A stretch of DNA of 64,000 nt from Acidobacteriota bacterium. GTDB lineage: Bacteria; Acidobacteriota; UBA6911; RPQK01; JADFOI01. The notes beneath the pieces are model-generated. The model saw nothing but the letters and a program-made list of their open reading frames with translations. It did no database searches and was not told where the DNA came from. Position 1 is the stretch's first letter. The number at the start of each line of letters is the position of its first letter. Made by a program: the position numbers and the translations under genes. Shown piece after piece: positions 55,600-64,000 of this stretch. The stretch spans positions 512,001 through 576,000 of the forward strand of contig OY760074.1 of NCBI GenBank assembly GCA_963663035.1. The letters run 5' to 3'.

Positions 55600-57192
55600 T
55601 CAGTGGACTCTTTTGGCCTGGCCGCTCCAATAGGGTTCCCGGAGCTTGCGTTTGAGGATTTTCCCGGTTCCTCCCTTGGGCAGTGAATCGAAGAAGTCGA
55701 CGCTTTGAGGAAGCTTGAACCCTGCCAAGTGCTCTCGGCAGTGCGCGATGAGCTCCTGCTCTGTGACCTGCTGATCCGGCTTCAGCACAACCAAGGCCTT
55801 AGGGGTTTCACCCAGGGTGTGATGAGGAACGGATATCACAGCACATTCCAAAAGGGCCGGATGGGCCAGTAAAGCTTTTTCTACTTCGAGGCTGGAAATG
55901 TTCTCTCCTCCGCTAATGATAATATCCTTCTTCCGATCCTGGATGAGAACATAACCTTCTGCTGAGACGGTTGCCAAGTCCCCGGTGTGAAACCATTGAC
56001 CCCGTAAGGCTTTCTCAGTCTCGTTGGGGCGTTTCCAATAGCCATCCATGACCGTGTCCCCGCGTACTACGATCTCACCGATTGAGGCACCATCCCAGGG
56101 CAGCTCTCGGCCTTCTTCGTCCAGGATCTTCAACTCCACCCCTGGGATGGGGTAACCGGTCATGGCTTGCAGCTTGAAGCGGCTCTGCTCATCCGTCTGG
56201 AGGTAGGTTTTGGGGGAGGACACCGTGAGGATCGGTGAGGTCTCGGTCAGGCCGTAGCCGGCCAGACATTCACACTGAAAGATTTCCTCCACCTGTCGGA
56301 CTAAATCTGCAGTTGCCGCCGATCCACCCAGCATAATTTTTCGGATGGAAGACACGTCATATTCTTGACGGTCCGTATAGTTAAGGAGCGCGATCGCCAT
56401 GGTGGGCACTAGCGAAAAGCGTGTGACCCGGTGAAGCTGGATTTGCTCGAAAACCTCCTGGGGCTCGAACTTTTTCAGCATTATGTGTCGGCCCCCGACG
56501 CAGGTCACATACTGAGGAGTACCCCAACCATTAACGTGAAACAGGGGAATGGTGTGCAGCTGTACGTCGCTTTCTTTGATACCTACCGCGATTGCCGCCT
56601 CTAAAGCATGTAAGTAGAGGTTACGATGAGTGAGCATTACACCCTTGGCTCGATCGGTGGTGCCTGAGGTGTAGAAAAGCTCAGCCACAGCATCTTCGTC
56701 GACTTGGAGAATGTCAAATTCCAGTTCATCCGATTGTTGTTCAAGAAGTTGATCGTAGCTGCAGGCTTCGGCCCAATCGGGGTGACCATCCGACTCCAGC
56801 GAGACGAATTTTCTCACCGTCTTCAACTGAGGCCTTATCTCTTCCACAATGGGTAGAAAGTCGGGATGGAAAAAGAGGTATTGAGCCTCACAATCATTGA
56901 GGATGTAGCGAAAATCCTCAGCAGACAGACGAATGTTCAAAGGTAAGAAAATGCCCTGAGCCAGAATCACACCGTAATAGGCTTCAAGAAGATGATGTGT
57001 GTTGTAGGACAGGAGAGCTACTCGGGAGAAAGGCTCGACACTCCAGGAGAGGAGGAGATTTGCCAACCTGTGGCACCGCTGGATGTACCGTTCATAGGTC
57101 CAGGAGTGCTCGCCATCCACCACGCCCACCTTTTTCCCAAACTGGTCTCGTGCTCGGTAGAGGAACCGGATAGGCGTTAAAGGGATCTTCAT
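55600..57192 (-). CDS. Acyl-CoA synthetase (AMP-forming)
   Basis: YTSGTT..KG, YGLTET, FHTGD, DRKKDIIISGGENI, GKILK. Confidence 0.95.
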   Translation of the reverse strand: MKIPLTPIRFLYRARDQFGKKVGVVDGEHSWTYERYIQRCHRLANLLLSWSVEPFSRVALLSYNTHHLLEAYYGVILAQGIFLPLNIRLSAEDFRYILNDCEAQYLFFHPDFLPIVEEIRPQLKTVRKFVSLESDGHPDWAEACSYDQLLEQQSDELEFDILQVDEDAVAELFYTSGTTDRAKGVMLTHRNLYLHALEAAIAVGIKESDVQLHTIPLFHVNGWGTPQYVTCVGGRHIMLKKFEPQEVFEQIQLHRVTRFSLVPTMAIALLNYTDRQEYDVSSIRKIMLGGSAATADLVRQVEEIFQCECLAGYGLTETSPILTVSSPKTYLQTDEQSRFKLQAMTGYPIPGVELKILDEEGRELPWDGASIGEIVVRGDTVMDGYWKRPNETEKALRGQWFHTGDLATVSAEGYVLIQDRKKDIIISGGENISSLEVEKALLAHPALLECAVISVPHHTLGETPKALVVLKPDQQVTEQELIAHCREHLAGFKLPQSVDFFDSLPKGGTGKILKRKLREPYWSGQAKRVH

Positions 57193-57842
57193 GTTGAAAT
57201 GATGAAGACTTGGCTGGCCAGCTCCTCACTCAACGTGTGTTCGCTCTTATTGACCTCGATGTGGATGGGACCATTAAAAGGACCTTTCTTGAGCACGATG
57301 AGTTCCACGTCAGGGAAAATTCCCATCTCAGCCAGATAGCGCAACGCCTCGGGGTCTTGATCGCTGACCCGGCATACTTTGACCTCTTCACCTCCAGACG
57401 CGTCCCACAGAGAGCGGGAAGGGTGTTCTTCAATCTCCCCATCTTTCGACGGAATGGGATGTCCGTGTGGATCGATGGTTGGATGGCCAAGAGCCCTATC
57501 GATCTTCTCCTCGAATTCTTCGGAAATGACATGTTCCAGCTGTTCCGCCTCTGCATGAACTTTGTCCCAGCTGTAACCGAGCACTTCCGCAAGGTAGAGT
57601 TCGATCAAGCGGTGGTGGCGTAGGATCTCCAAGGCGATGTTTTGACCTGCCGCAGTTAGAACAGCTCCCTGGTAGGGTTCGTATTCGACCAGCTTCAGTT
57701 CAGAAAGTCTTTGCAGCATGTTGGTCACACTGGCGGCTGAGCAGTTCAGTCCCTGGGCCAAACGAGAAGTCGAGACCTTTTCGCCATCGGCGCTGAACTG
57801 ATAAATCGTCTTGAGATAATCTTCTGTTGCCCGACTGATCAT
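57189..57842 (-). CDS. DtxR/MntR-family metal-dependent regulator with FeoA domain
   Basis: EDYLKTIY, ASVTNM, RHHRLIELYL, HAEAEQLEH, DPHGHPIP. Confidence 0.95.
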   Translation of the reverse strand: MISRATEDYLKTIYQFSADGEKVSTSRLAQGLNCSAASVTNMLQRLSELKLVEYEPYQGAVLTAAGQNIALEILRHHRLIELYLAEVLGYSWDKVHAEAEQLEHVISEEFEEKIDRALGHPTIDPHGHPIPSKDGEIEEHPSRSLWDASGGEEVKVCRVSDQDPEALRYLAEMGIFPDVELIVLKKGPFNGPIHIEVNKSEHTLSEELASQVFIIST

Positions 57843-57881
57843 GTCAGTGTTAGTTTCTCACAAGCGCCTTCAGTATTGTAC

Positions 57882-58565
57882 TTAGCCTCTCCATAAAGGC
57901 CTTTCGAACCGATGACTGTGAAGAAATTCATGAATCTGGCTGTGTGTCGCAGGAGTAATCAGTCCTTTCTCTAAGTAAAAAGCTATGACATCAAACAGTT
58001 TGAAGATGGAATAGACTTGATATCCCTCCTCTTCTAAGAGTTCAGATCCTCCTTGCTGGCGATCAAAAAACACGATAATCCGCTGGACTGAGATTCCTTC
58101 CCTCTTCAGCTTCTCAATCGACTTCCACTTACTGAGGCCCGACGCCATGACATCGTCGATGAGAGTGTATTCACAATTTTCGCAATCCTTTTTGCCTAGA
58201 ACATAGGACGGTGGCACCGAGTTGTATGCTTTCGCTTTCTTACGTAAAAGCAGATAGTGTAGAGGCTGACCTCTTTCTGTCTGTGTGGAATTCAGGACAG
58301 TGGAGACAGCCAAAGGTGTGGCAGTGTCTGGGACCCCGATGACAACTTGCTGGGACTGGTGATTTTCAGCCAGCGAGCGGATCTTCCCAGCAAACTCACT
58401 TCCAATTCGCCACATGAGATCCGCGCGCTCATAGAGCTTCTCTCTTAAGTCCAGGTAAATTGGAGAATTGAGACCATACTTCTTCCGAATAGTTTCCCCA
58501 AAAAGGACAATCCCGGCCCGCTCGAATTCGATTAACAATAACTTCTGTTCCTGGGTGAGATCCAT
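57882..58565 (-). CDS. Orotate phosphoribosyltransferase-like type I PRTase (divergent)
   Basis: SPIYLDLR, GVP.TA.PLA, RKKAKAY, LIDDVMASG PRPP loop, DRQQGG. Start at 58565. Confidence 0.75.
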   Translation of the reverse strand: MDLTQEQKLLLIEFERAGIVLFGETIRKKYGLNSPIYLDLREKLYERADLMWRIGSEFAGKIRSLAENHQSQQVVIGVPDTATPLAVSTVLNSTQTERGQPLHYLLLRKKAKAYNSVPPSYVLGKKDCENCEYTLIDDVMASGLSKWKSIEKLKREGISVQRIIVFFDRQQGGSELLEEEGYQVYSIFKLFDVIAFYLEKGLITPATHSQIHEFLHSHRFERPLWRG

Positions 58566-58629
58566 TTCTTCCCGAGAATAATACTGTAAAAGGGAATCCT
58601 TTTCTGCTAGAATAGCAGGTTTCCAAATC

Positions 58630-59049
58630 ATGCGAAACAACCCAAGGGAGAGGTTACTCGACTTACATCGCAAGCATGTGAGGGCCTGGGAACAGAAAAG
58701 TCTCGATCACCTGCGAGACTTGTACTACGGCGATGCCGTGGTTTTCAACATTGTCCCGCCGGCTCGTTTTCCCGACTTTAAAACCTTCGAAAATACACTG
58801 CAGCAATATTTTGCTCAAATGAAAGATCTGTCTATGCTGACTTCGAACATTCAGATCGAAGTCAATGGTGAGGTTGCCTGGATTACGTCACAGTATCTGA
58901 TGGCCTACCACCGAAATGGCCGGCTAGTTCGACAAAATGGGCGCTGGACGGAGATCTACTGTCAGGATGAGGTCGACTGGAAGCTCACCCATCTCCACTC
59001 TTCTCCCGATCCCCTGGGACAATACGCTCGAAAAAAGGCTGGGACCTAA
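58630..59049 (+). CDS. NTF2/SnoaL-like (YybH-type) protein
   Basis: GEVAW, GRWTEIY..WKLTHLHSS pattern. Confidence 0.8.
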   Translation: MRNNPRERLLDLHRKHVRAWEQKSLDHLRDLYYGDAVVFNIVPPARFPDFKTFENTLQQYFAQMKDLSMLTSNIQIEVNGEVAWITSQYLMAYHRNGRLVRQNGRWTEIYCQDEVDWKLTHLHSSPDPLGQYARKKAGT

Positions 59050-59665
59050 GTACTCGCTTTAACTTCATGAGAGTGACCCAGAGCATCAGGTAGAAGAACC
59101 TGGGGAAAAAGAGTAAGACCCGTATTGCTTTTGGCAGAAGGATGCTAACTGCTCCTATGTCCGGGCCGTTGATCAGGAAACGGTGGATGTTTCGCCAACT
59201 GAGATGGAACCTGTCCAGGTTTTCGTCGAAGACGAGCCGATGCCGGACGGGGAGCAGGTAAAAAAAGAGTCTTTGCTTCCGAAAGATAGGACGTCTCGAA
59301 AAAACTGCTGCTAACACGTCGGGGTCCACTTTTACGACCTGCCTTATCAGCTGGAGGTTGGAGCGGAGATGCTGCTTCGAATAAGTCAGAATCCGGTAGA
59401 TATGGGCGTTTGTTTCGAACTCGTTTCGGTCAAATTCTCGGCAGAGAAGAACAATTTCACATTGTGGATAGAGCTCTTCCCACAATTTCTCGATGGCCGG
59501 GGAGAGGTAGGAGGCCGCCTCCGTTTGAACCAAGAGAATTCGGGCTGCAGCCCTGGGAGCGGAGAGCCCGCGAAGCTCCCGTTGCGGATCGGCCTTGGGC
59601 ACAAGTGAAGGAGGATCGCCTTCCAGGGGAAGCACTCTTTTCGGCATCTTCATTGGATGAGACAC
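58985..59665 (-). CDS. Hypothetical protein coupled to the glycosyltransferase
   Basis: TAGTG-coupled to the upstream GT; Rossmann-like segment and a C-terminal hydrophobic helix. Confidence 0.6.
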   Translation of the reverse strand: MSHPMKMPKRVLPLEGDPPSLVPKADPQRELRGLSAPRAAARILLVQTEAASYLSPAIEKLWEELYPQCEIVLLCREFDRNEFETNAHIYRILTYSKQHLRSNLQLIRQVVKVDPDVLAAVFSRRPIFRKQRLFFYLLPVRHRLVFDENLDRFHLSWRNIHRFLINGPDIGAVSILLPKAIRVLLFFPRFFYLMLWVTLMKLKRVLRSQPFFERIVPGDREKSGDG

Positions 59666-61986
59666 TAATTCCTCGCTTCGTCCTGAGGGTAGTAGGTAGC
59701 TGCCAGGGATTCATACTCTTCGATCATCTGGTCTCCCAGAGTGCTCCAGTCATAGAACTGGACAGCTGTCTGGCGCCCGCTTCGCCCTAACCGCTTGCAG
59801 AATGCAGGATTACGTAACAAGGCGAGAGTCCAAAGTGCGAAGTCATGCGGTTCGTCTGCAATCAAAATATTTTCACCGTGGCAAGTCCGGATACCCGAAC
59901 AGGCCAGTGAAGTGGCAACAATTGCCTTGTCGGCTGCCCATGCTTCTAGGATCTTTCCCCGAATCCCCACTCCGGTCCGCACCGGCACGACCACGATTTG
60001 ACCTTTTTGATAGTAGCCTCGAATATCTTCTACATAACCCGTGACCGTGACCTGGCTGTGGGTGCCCAGCTCCTGAACCGATTGGGGAGGTGAGGAGCCC
60101 ACGATATAGAGATGAGCCTGAGGGTGTTCCCTTAGAATCAGCGGGAAGATTTGCTCACAAAAGTAGAGCATTGCATCCACATTGGGGTCGTGGCGAAAAG
60201 CTCCCACAAAGACCAAGGCATTCTTATCGGGTGGGCGAAAACCGTTGCAGCTAAAATATTCATTGTCTACACCAGTATTGACAACAGACAGTTTCTTCTC
60301 TTCGATATACCCTCGCAGATAGTCGTGGTCCTTGTCGGTGACGCAGACGACTTTCTCCACCTTCCGGCACAACTCAAGCTCACGATAAAGAATCTGCCAG
60401 GCGTTATAGAGCTTCTTGAGTTTCAGGAGGAGATTCGACTCCAGCTTCACCAGGATGTTATGAGCCGCGTAACTGACCTCAATTTCAGTTAACAGCTTGG
60501 GAAGATGGGAAGCCAGTCCTGCGTATTGAGCCATCTGGACCCACTCAAAATGCACGACATCAAAGTCCTCCTCGGTCAAGATCTCCTCCAGTTTTTTCCT
60601 GAACTCTGCGGATTGGAATTCCTCAAAGGGTTCGTAAGGGAAAAAGGAAACGGGGGAAAATTCTCTGCGGTAGAGGAGTTCAACTCGTTTGCAGGAAAGT
60701 TGGAGTTGAGATCGTTGTGCTGCCTCTTCTTCAGTTTCTACGAAGCTGATCACACTGACTTCATGTTTCTTCGATACACACTGGAGAAGTTGAAAGACGC
60801 GTCCTGCCCCCCCATGAGTCCCGAAATGGGGGAGATAGGCACTGACGATGAGGATTCGCATGGGAAACTGAGAACTTCTTCGCCGATGAGGGTGGAAATG
60901 ATTCAGATAGGTTAGGGGGTGTCGAACCCACTCAAAGAGAGTCTTCCCGGACACCACCCGGCGCGGTTCTCCCAGCCTCGACAGCAGAGCTGAGGGTAAT
61001 TTTCTCAGCGAGCGAAGATAAGTCCAGATAGAGAAGCACTTGGTGAGGTGAAGTGGGAGAAACAGAAGATGAGGGATCAGTGTGCGCAGCTGGTAATTCT
61101 TCCAGATGTACCAAAACTTTCTCTCCTCTATGAGTTCCTGAAGTTCGGGTTTCGCGAAGCGAACCGTGCTGGTGCTCCTATGTTTGTGGAGCACTTTGCT
61201 ATGTGCCGCCAACAACACCTTCCAGCCGCGGCGCCAGGCACGGTAGCTCAGATCGGTGTCTTCCACATAACAGGGTGAGAAGAGAGAGGAGAAGCCTCCC
61301 AGTTGTAAGAATCCCTGGCGATGAAAGGCGGAGGATCCTCCGCCAGCCCACAGAATGGGTAGATACTTGCGTGTGTCATGGAAGGATTGGATCGGCTCGT
61401 GAGAAAGGTGCAGAAAACCCCATTTGAAATGAGCCTGGGTATTTCCTGTCTCTTCAGGGCGTTTACCTTCCGGAAAGAGAACTTGGCTGGAAACTGCAAA
61501 GACCTGCGGATCTGAGAAAGCTTCTAGAAGTGGTGGCAAGAAATCCTCAGCCACAATCATGTCATTATTGAGAAGCACGACAATGTCATAACTGGCAGCT
61601 TCGACACCCCGATTATTTCCCGCGCCAAAGCCGAGATTCTCATTTAAAGTGATGATTCGAACACTCGGATGGTTCAGCTGAAGCCAAGAGACACTGTCGT
61701 CGTGGCTCCCATTGTCCACCACAATGATTTCGTGACCCCTGCCTGTGAAACGAATGGCTTTTTCCAGCGCCGGCAGGCTCTCTTCCAGCAGGTGGCGGCC
61801 ATTCCAGTTCAGGACCACAATGGAAGAGAGTTCTCTGGACGCCCTCTGAGAACCAACCTCCTGACTGGCAGGGGAGTGGAATGACAACTGCAGAGAACGA
61901 ACACAGTCTAAAAGAATAAAGAGCCCAAGCAAGAGGAGCTGAAGTGGAAAAAACAAGACCCAGAGCGTAATTCGTATGAACATCAA
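59665..61986 (-). CDS. GT2-GT4 fusion glycosyltransferase
   Basis: VVLNWNG, VDNGS, LLNND, VEDTDL (GT2); FVGAF.H.PN.DA, GIRGKILEAWA (GT4). Confidence 0.92.
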   Translation of the reverse strand: MMFIRITLWVLFFPLQLLLLGLFILLDCVRSLQLSFHSPASQEVGSQRASRELSSIVVLNWNGRHLLEESLPALEKAIRFTGRGHEIIVVDNGSHDDSVSWLQLNHPSVRIITLNENLGFGAGNNRGVEAASYDIVVLLNNDMIVAEDFLPPLLEAFSDPQVFAVSSQVLFPEGKRPEETGNTQAHFKWGFLHLSHEPIQSFHDTRKYLPILWAGGGSSAFHRQGFLQLGGFSSLFSPCYVEDTDLSYRAWRRGWKVLLAAHSKVLHKHRSTSTVRFAKPELQELIEERKFWYIWKNYQLRTLIPHLLFLPLHLTKCFSIWTYLRSLRKLPSALLSRLGEPRRVVSGKTLFEWVRHPLTYLNHFHPHRRRSSQFPMRILIVSAYLPHFGTHGGAGRVFQLLQCVSKKHEVSVISFVETEEEAAQRSQLQLSCKRVELLYRREFSPVSFFPYEPFEEFQSAEFRKKLEEILTEEDFDVVHFEWVQMAQYAGLASHLPKLLTEIEVSYAAHNILVKLESNLLLKLKKLYNAWQILYRELELCRKVEKVVCVTDKDHDYLRGYIEEKKLSVVNTGVDNEYFSCNGFRPPDKNALVFVGAFRHDPNVDAMLYFCEQIFPLILREHPQAHLYIVGSSPPQSVQELGTHSQVTVTGYVEDIRGYYQKGQIVVVPVRTGVGIRGKILEAWAADKAIVATSLACSGIRTCHGENILIADEPHDFALWTLALLRNPAFCKRLGRSGRQTAVQFYDWSTLGDQMIEEYESLAATYYPQDEARN

Positions 61987-62122
61987 ACCAGCCCGATGGG
62001 AAAAATCATCAAATCAAGCTCTTTTCTGTCCCTGCCATGCTATGGCTGTGTGCAACGGAATGGCCTGATCCGCCTCTTGAAAGCATACACTGAGGTTAAG
62101 CCTTTCAGGCTATAATTATAAG

Positions 62123-62743
62123 ATGTTCGATGACATGAATCGGGTTAAATTTTTTGCATTCACAGGACTTCTTGTCCTCCAGTTGAGTGTCACCTCTGTC
62201 ACGGGTACAAGTGTGCGCCTCCTCAATCTTGTTGAGATGGTGCAATTAGCCGATCGCGTCTTCTGGGGGGAGTGTCTGTCGGTAGAGGAGAAGTCAGGGG
62301 ACCCCAGCTCTCTGCCTGTGCTGGAATATGTGTTTACAGTGCAAGGTGGGATAAAAGGAGTTCAAACGGGTGAGACGGTCACTTTCCGTCAAATAGGGTC
62401 CAGTCCTCAGGGGACGGTGGACATTCCTGACTACCAGAAAGGACAAGAGCTTTTGCTTTTTCTCCACGGCGACAGTCGCCTGGGACTGACCAGTCCAGTG
62501 GGTCTGGCTCAGGGAGTTTTCCAGCTGAAGAGGACTGCAGAAGGTGAAATTGGAGTCCTGAACGCGCTGGAGAATACCAACTTGGAATATAGGCTGAGTG
62601 GTGCCGCGGCTCAGGAGTCGGGGATGAGCGCTGTAGAACTGAACTCTGTATCCACGAAAAGACCAATCCCCATCGAGATTTTCAGCTTGCTGGTTGAAAA
62701 GATAGATCGCTACCAGGCTTCGAAAGGCAAATCCCTTCCATGA
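62123..62743 (+). CDS. Secreted protein, TIMP/NTR-like OB-fold candidate
   Basis: Signal peptide then TSVRLLNLVEMVQLADRVFWG..V..IKG..GQELLLFL..VGLAQGVF; ATGA-coupled to the metallopeptidase. Confidence 0.6.
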   Translation: MFDDMNRVKFFAFTGLLVLQLSVTSVTGTSVRLLNLVEMVQLADRVFWGECLSVEEKSGDPSSLPVLEYVFTVQGGIKGVQTGETVTFRQIGSSPQGTVDIPDYQKGQELLLFLHGDSRLGLTSPVGLAQGVFQLKRTAEGEIGVLNALENTNLEYRLSGAAAQESGMSAVELNSVSTKRPIPIEIFSLLVEKIDRYQASKGKSLP

Positions 62744-64000
62744 AGACCCATTCGAGTGTGAATTGGTCCTCCCTGGTTGGAGCTGCTCTTGCCTGTCTTC
62801 TTCTGGTACCACCACTTTTTGCAGGTGGGCCGTTGCTGAGTCCCACCAATAACGTCCTGAAGTGGGATCCCGCCAGCAATATTCCTTATACCCTTGATGA
62901 TGGTCCACTGGGAGGATTGACCCGCGATCAGGGAGCTTTTCTGGTTCGCCAGGCCTTTCAGAAATGGGAGGATGTTCCAGCTGCTGTCATAACATTTTCA
63001 GATCTGGGTTTTCTGGGCCTGGATGTCACCGCGGCCAATATTGATGCGTTTTTTGGCGTCGAGGTCCATCCCGAAAATCCGATCATTTTTGACGATGACG
63101 GTCAGATCATCGATGACCTTTTTGGTGTCGGCTCAAGCTTCACTGTTCTCGGCTTTGCGGGACCGCGCTTCAGCAACGTAGCAACGGGTGAGATTATTTC
63201 AGCCCGGGCAGTTCTCAATGGCGTGCTGGCGACTGAACCTGAGTTTCCCGCGGCAGTGGCCCACGAAATAGGACACTTCATTGGCCTTGGTCATACCCAG
63301 GGAAATAGTGAGTTTGCCTCCAACGCGGATCCTTCCGATGACCAGTTTATTCCGCTTATGCATCCATTTGTGGTTAGCGGCGGAACTGAGCTGCCCATCC
63401 AGGATGATATGGCCTGGGTCTCCTGGCTTTATCCTTCAATGGCTTTCCCAGGCAGCACGGGAACGATTTCTGGAACCATCTCTCGTCGAAGCGGTGGATT
63501 TTTTCCAGAAGCCAACGTGGTCGCAGTAAACGTTGACATGATGCTCACCGAATCCAAGCAGGAAATTGTCTCGGTCGTCTCCGACTTTCTTGTCACCAAT
63601 GACGGTTCTTATCTGCTGCCGGGTTTAACACCCGGAGACTACCTGGTCTTCATCGAACCCCTGAATGCATCGTTTACTGGAGGGAGTGGCGTGGGGCCTT
63701 TTGACACCCGTTTTACGGACTTCGTCAAGGACTACTACAACGGGGCCAACGAGTCGGGCGACGACCTTTCAGACGATCCCACCGAGAAGGTGGTGACCAC
63801 CGTTGCCGCTGGCGAGAGTGCAGCGAACATTAATCTGGTCTCCAATGAGGGCATCAACCAACTGGACTCGCTCACCGATGATGATGAGGTCACCTTTCAA
63901 TTTCCGGTAGGCTTTTCTTTTCCCTTTTTTGGGAATGTCTACACCGAGGTGGCAGTCAACAGCGACGGGAATCTCACCTTCGGAGCGGGAGATTCAGCCT
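62740..64000 (+). CDS. Secreted metzincin (matrixin-like) metallopeptidase, multidomain; 3' end outside window
   Basis: Signal peptide; AHEIGHFIGLGH (63259-63294) and PLMHP Met-turn; then GTISG..DGSYLLPGLTPGDY (carboxypeptidase-regulatory-like) and FPFFGNVY..VNSDGNLTFG (NIDO-like). Confidence 0.9.
   Translation, partial: MKTHSSVNWSSLVGAALACLLLVPPLFAGGPLLSPTNNVLKWDPASNIPYTLDDGPLGGLTRDQGAFLVRQAFQKWEDVPAAVITFSDLGFLGLDVTAANIDAFFGVEVHPENPIIFDDDGQIIDDLFGVGSSFTVLGFAGPRFSNVATGEIISARAVLNGVLATEPEFPAAVAHEIGHFIGLGHTQGNSEFASNADPSDDQFIPLMHPFVVSGGTELPIQDDMAWVSWLYPSMAFPGSTGTISGTISRRSGGFFPEANVVAVNVDMMLTESKQEIVSVVSDFLVTNDGSYLLPGLTPGDYLVFIEPLNASFTGGSGVGPFDTRFTDFVKDYYNGANESGDDLSDDPTEKVVTTVAAGESAANINLVSNEGINQLDSLTDDDEVTFQFPVGFSFPFFGNVYTEVAVNSDGNLTFGAGDSA

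Overview
A dense, mostly housekeeping 64-kb bacterial chromosome segment from a diderm (BamD, LolA-like, Mla/MCE, DnaK with the diderm insert). Gene content and order suggest Acidobacteriota, which is an inference. In order it holds: the 3' end of nuoD and nuoHIJKLMN (no nuoEFG between D and H); the F0 half of ATP synthase only; a cytochrome c maturation operon (ccmE with CxxxY, F, H, X, A, B, C, D); a three-gene accessory locus (VOC-PilZ-repeat fusion, signal-less trypsin-like protease, FlhG/MinD-like ATPase); dnaK-dnaJ-hspR with a HAIR-like operator; a Lol-like/Mla envelope cluster; aroC-def-fmt-rsmB, an M48-GspG fusion, then PASTA-rpe-bamD-RR-valS-nadC-birA-ftsY; rhomboid, serA and serC; vanZ-radC-pfkB; metabolic and glycosyltransferase genes; and a TIMP-like/metzincin pair running off the right edge. 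I saw no rRNA, tRNA, CRISPR array, transposase or integrase. The most unusual signals are: (i) an exact 26-residue duplication in the NuoL lateral helix, like that of '2M' complex I, in an operon with only one nuoM; (ii) a modular palindromic MITE-like family (3 full copies, 2 solo ends) with nested REP hairpins, one copy read in-frame into the N-terminus of CcmH; (iii) a diverged duplicate of the radC 3' end flanking a ~190-bp structured remnant or candidate sRNA; (iv) the VOC-PilZ/protease/FlhG locus; (v) an ~86-aa coiled coil inserted inside the MCE domain of MlaD. All protein calls are motif recognition by eye, with no database searches.
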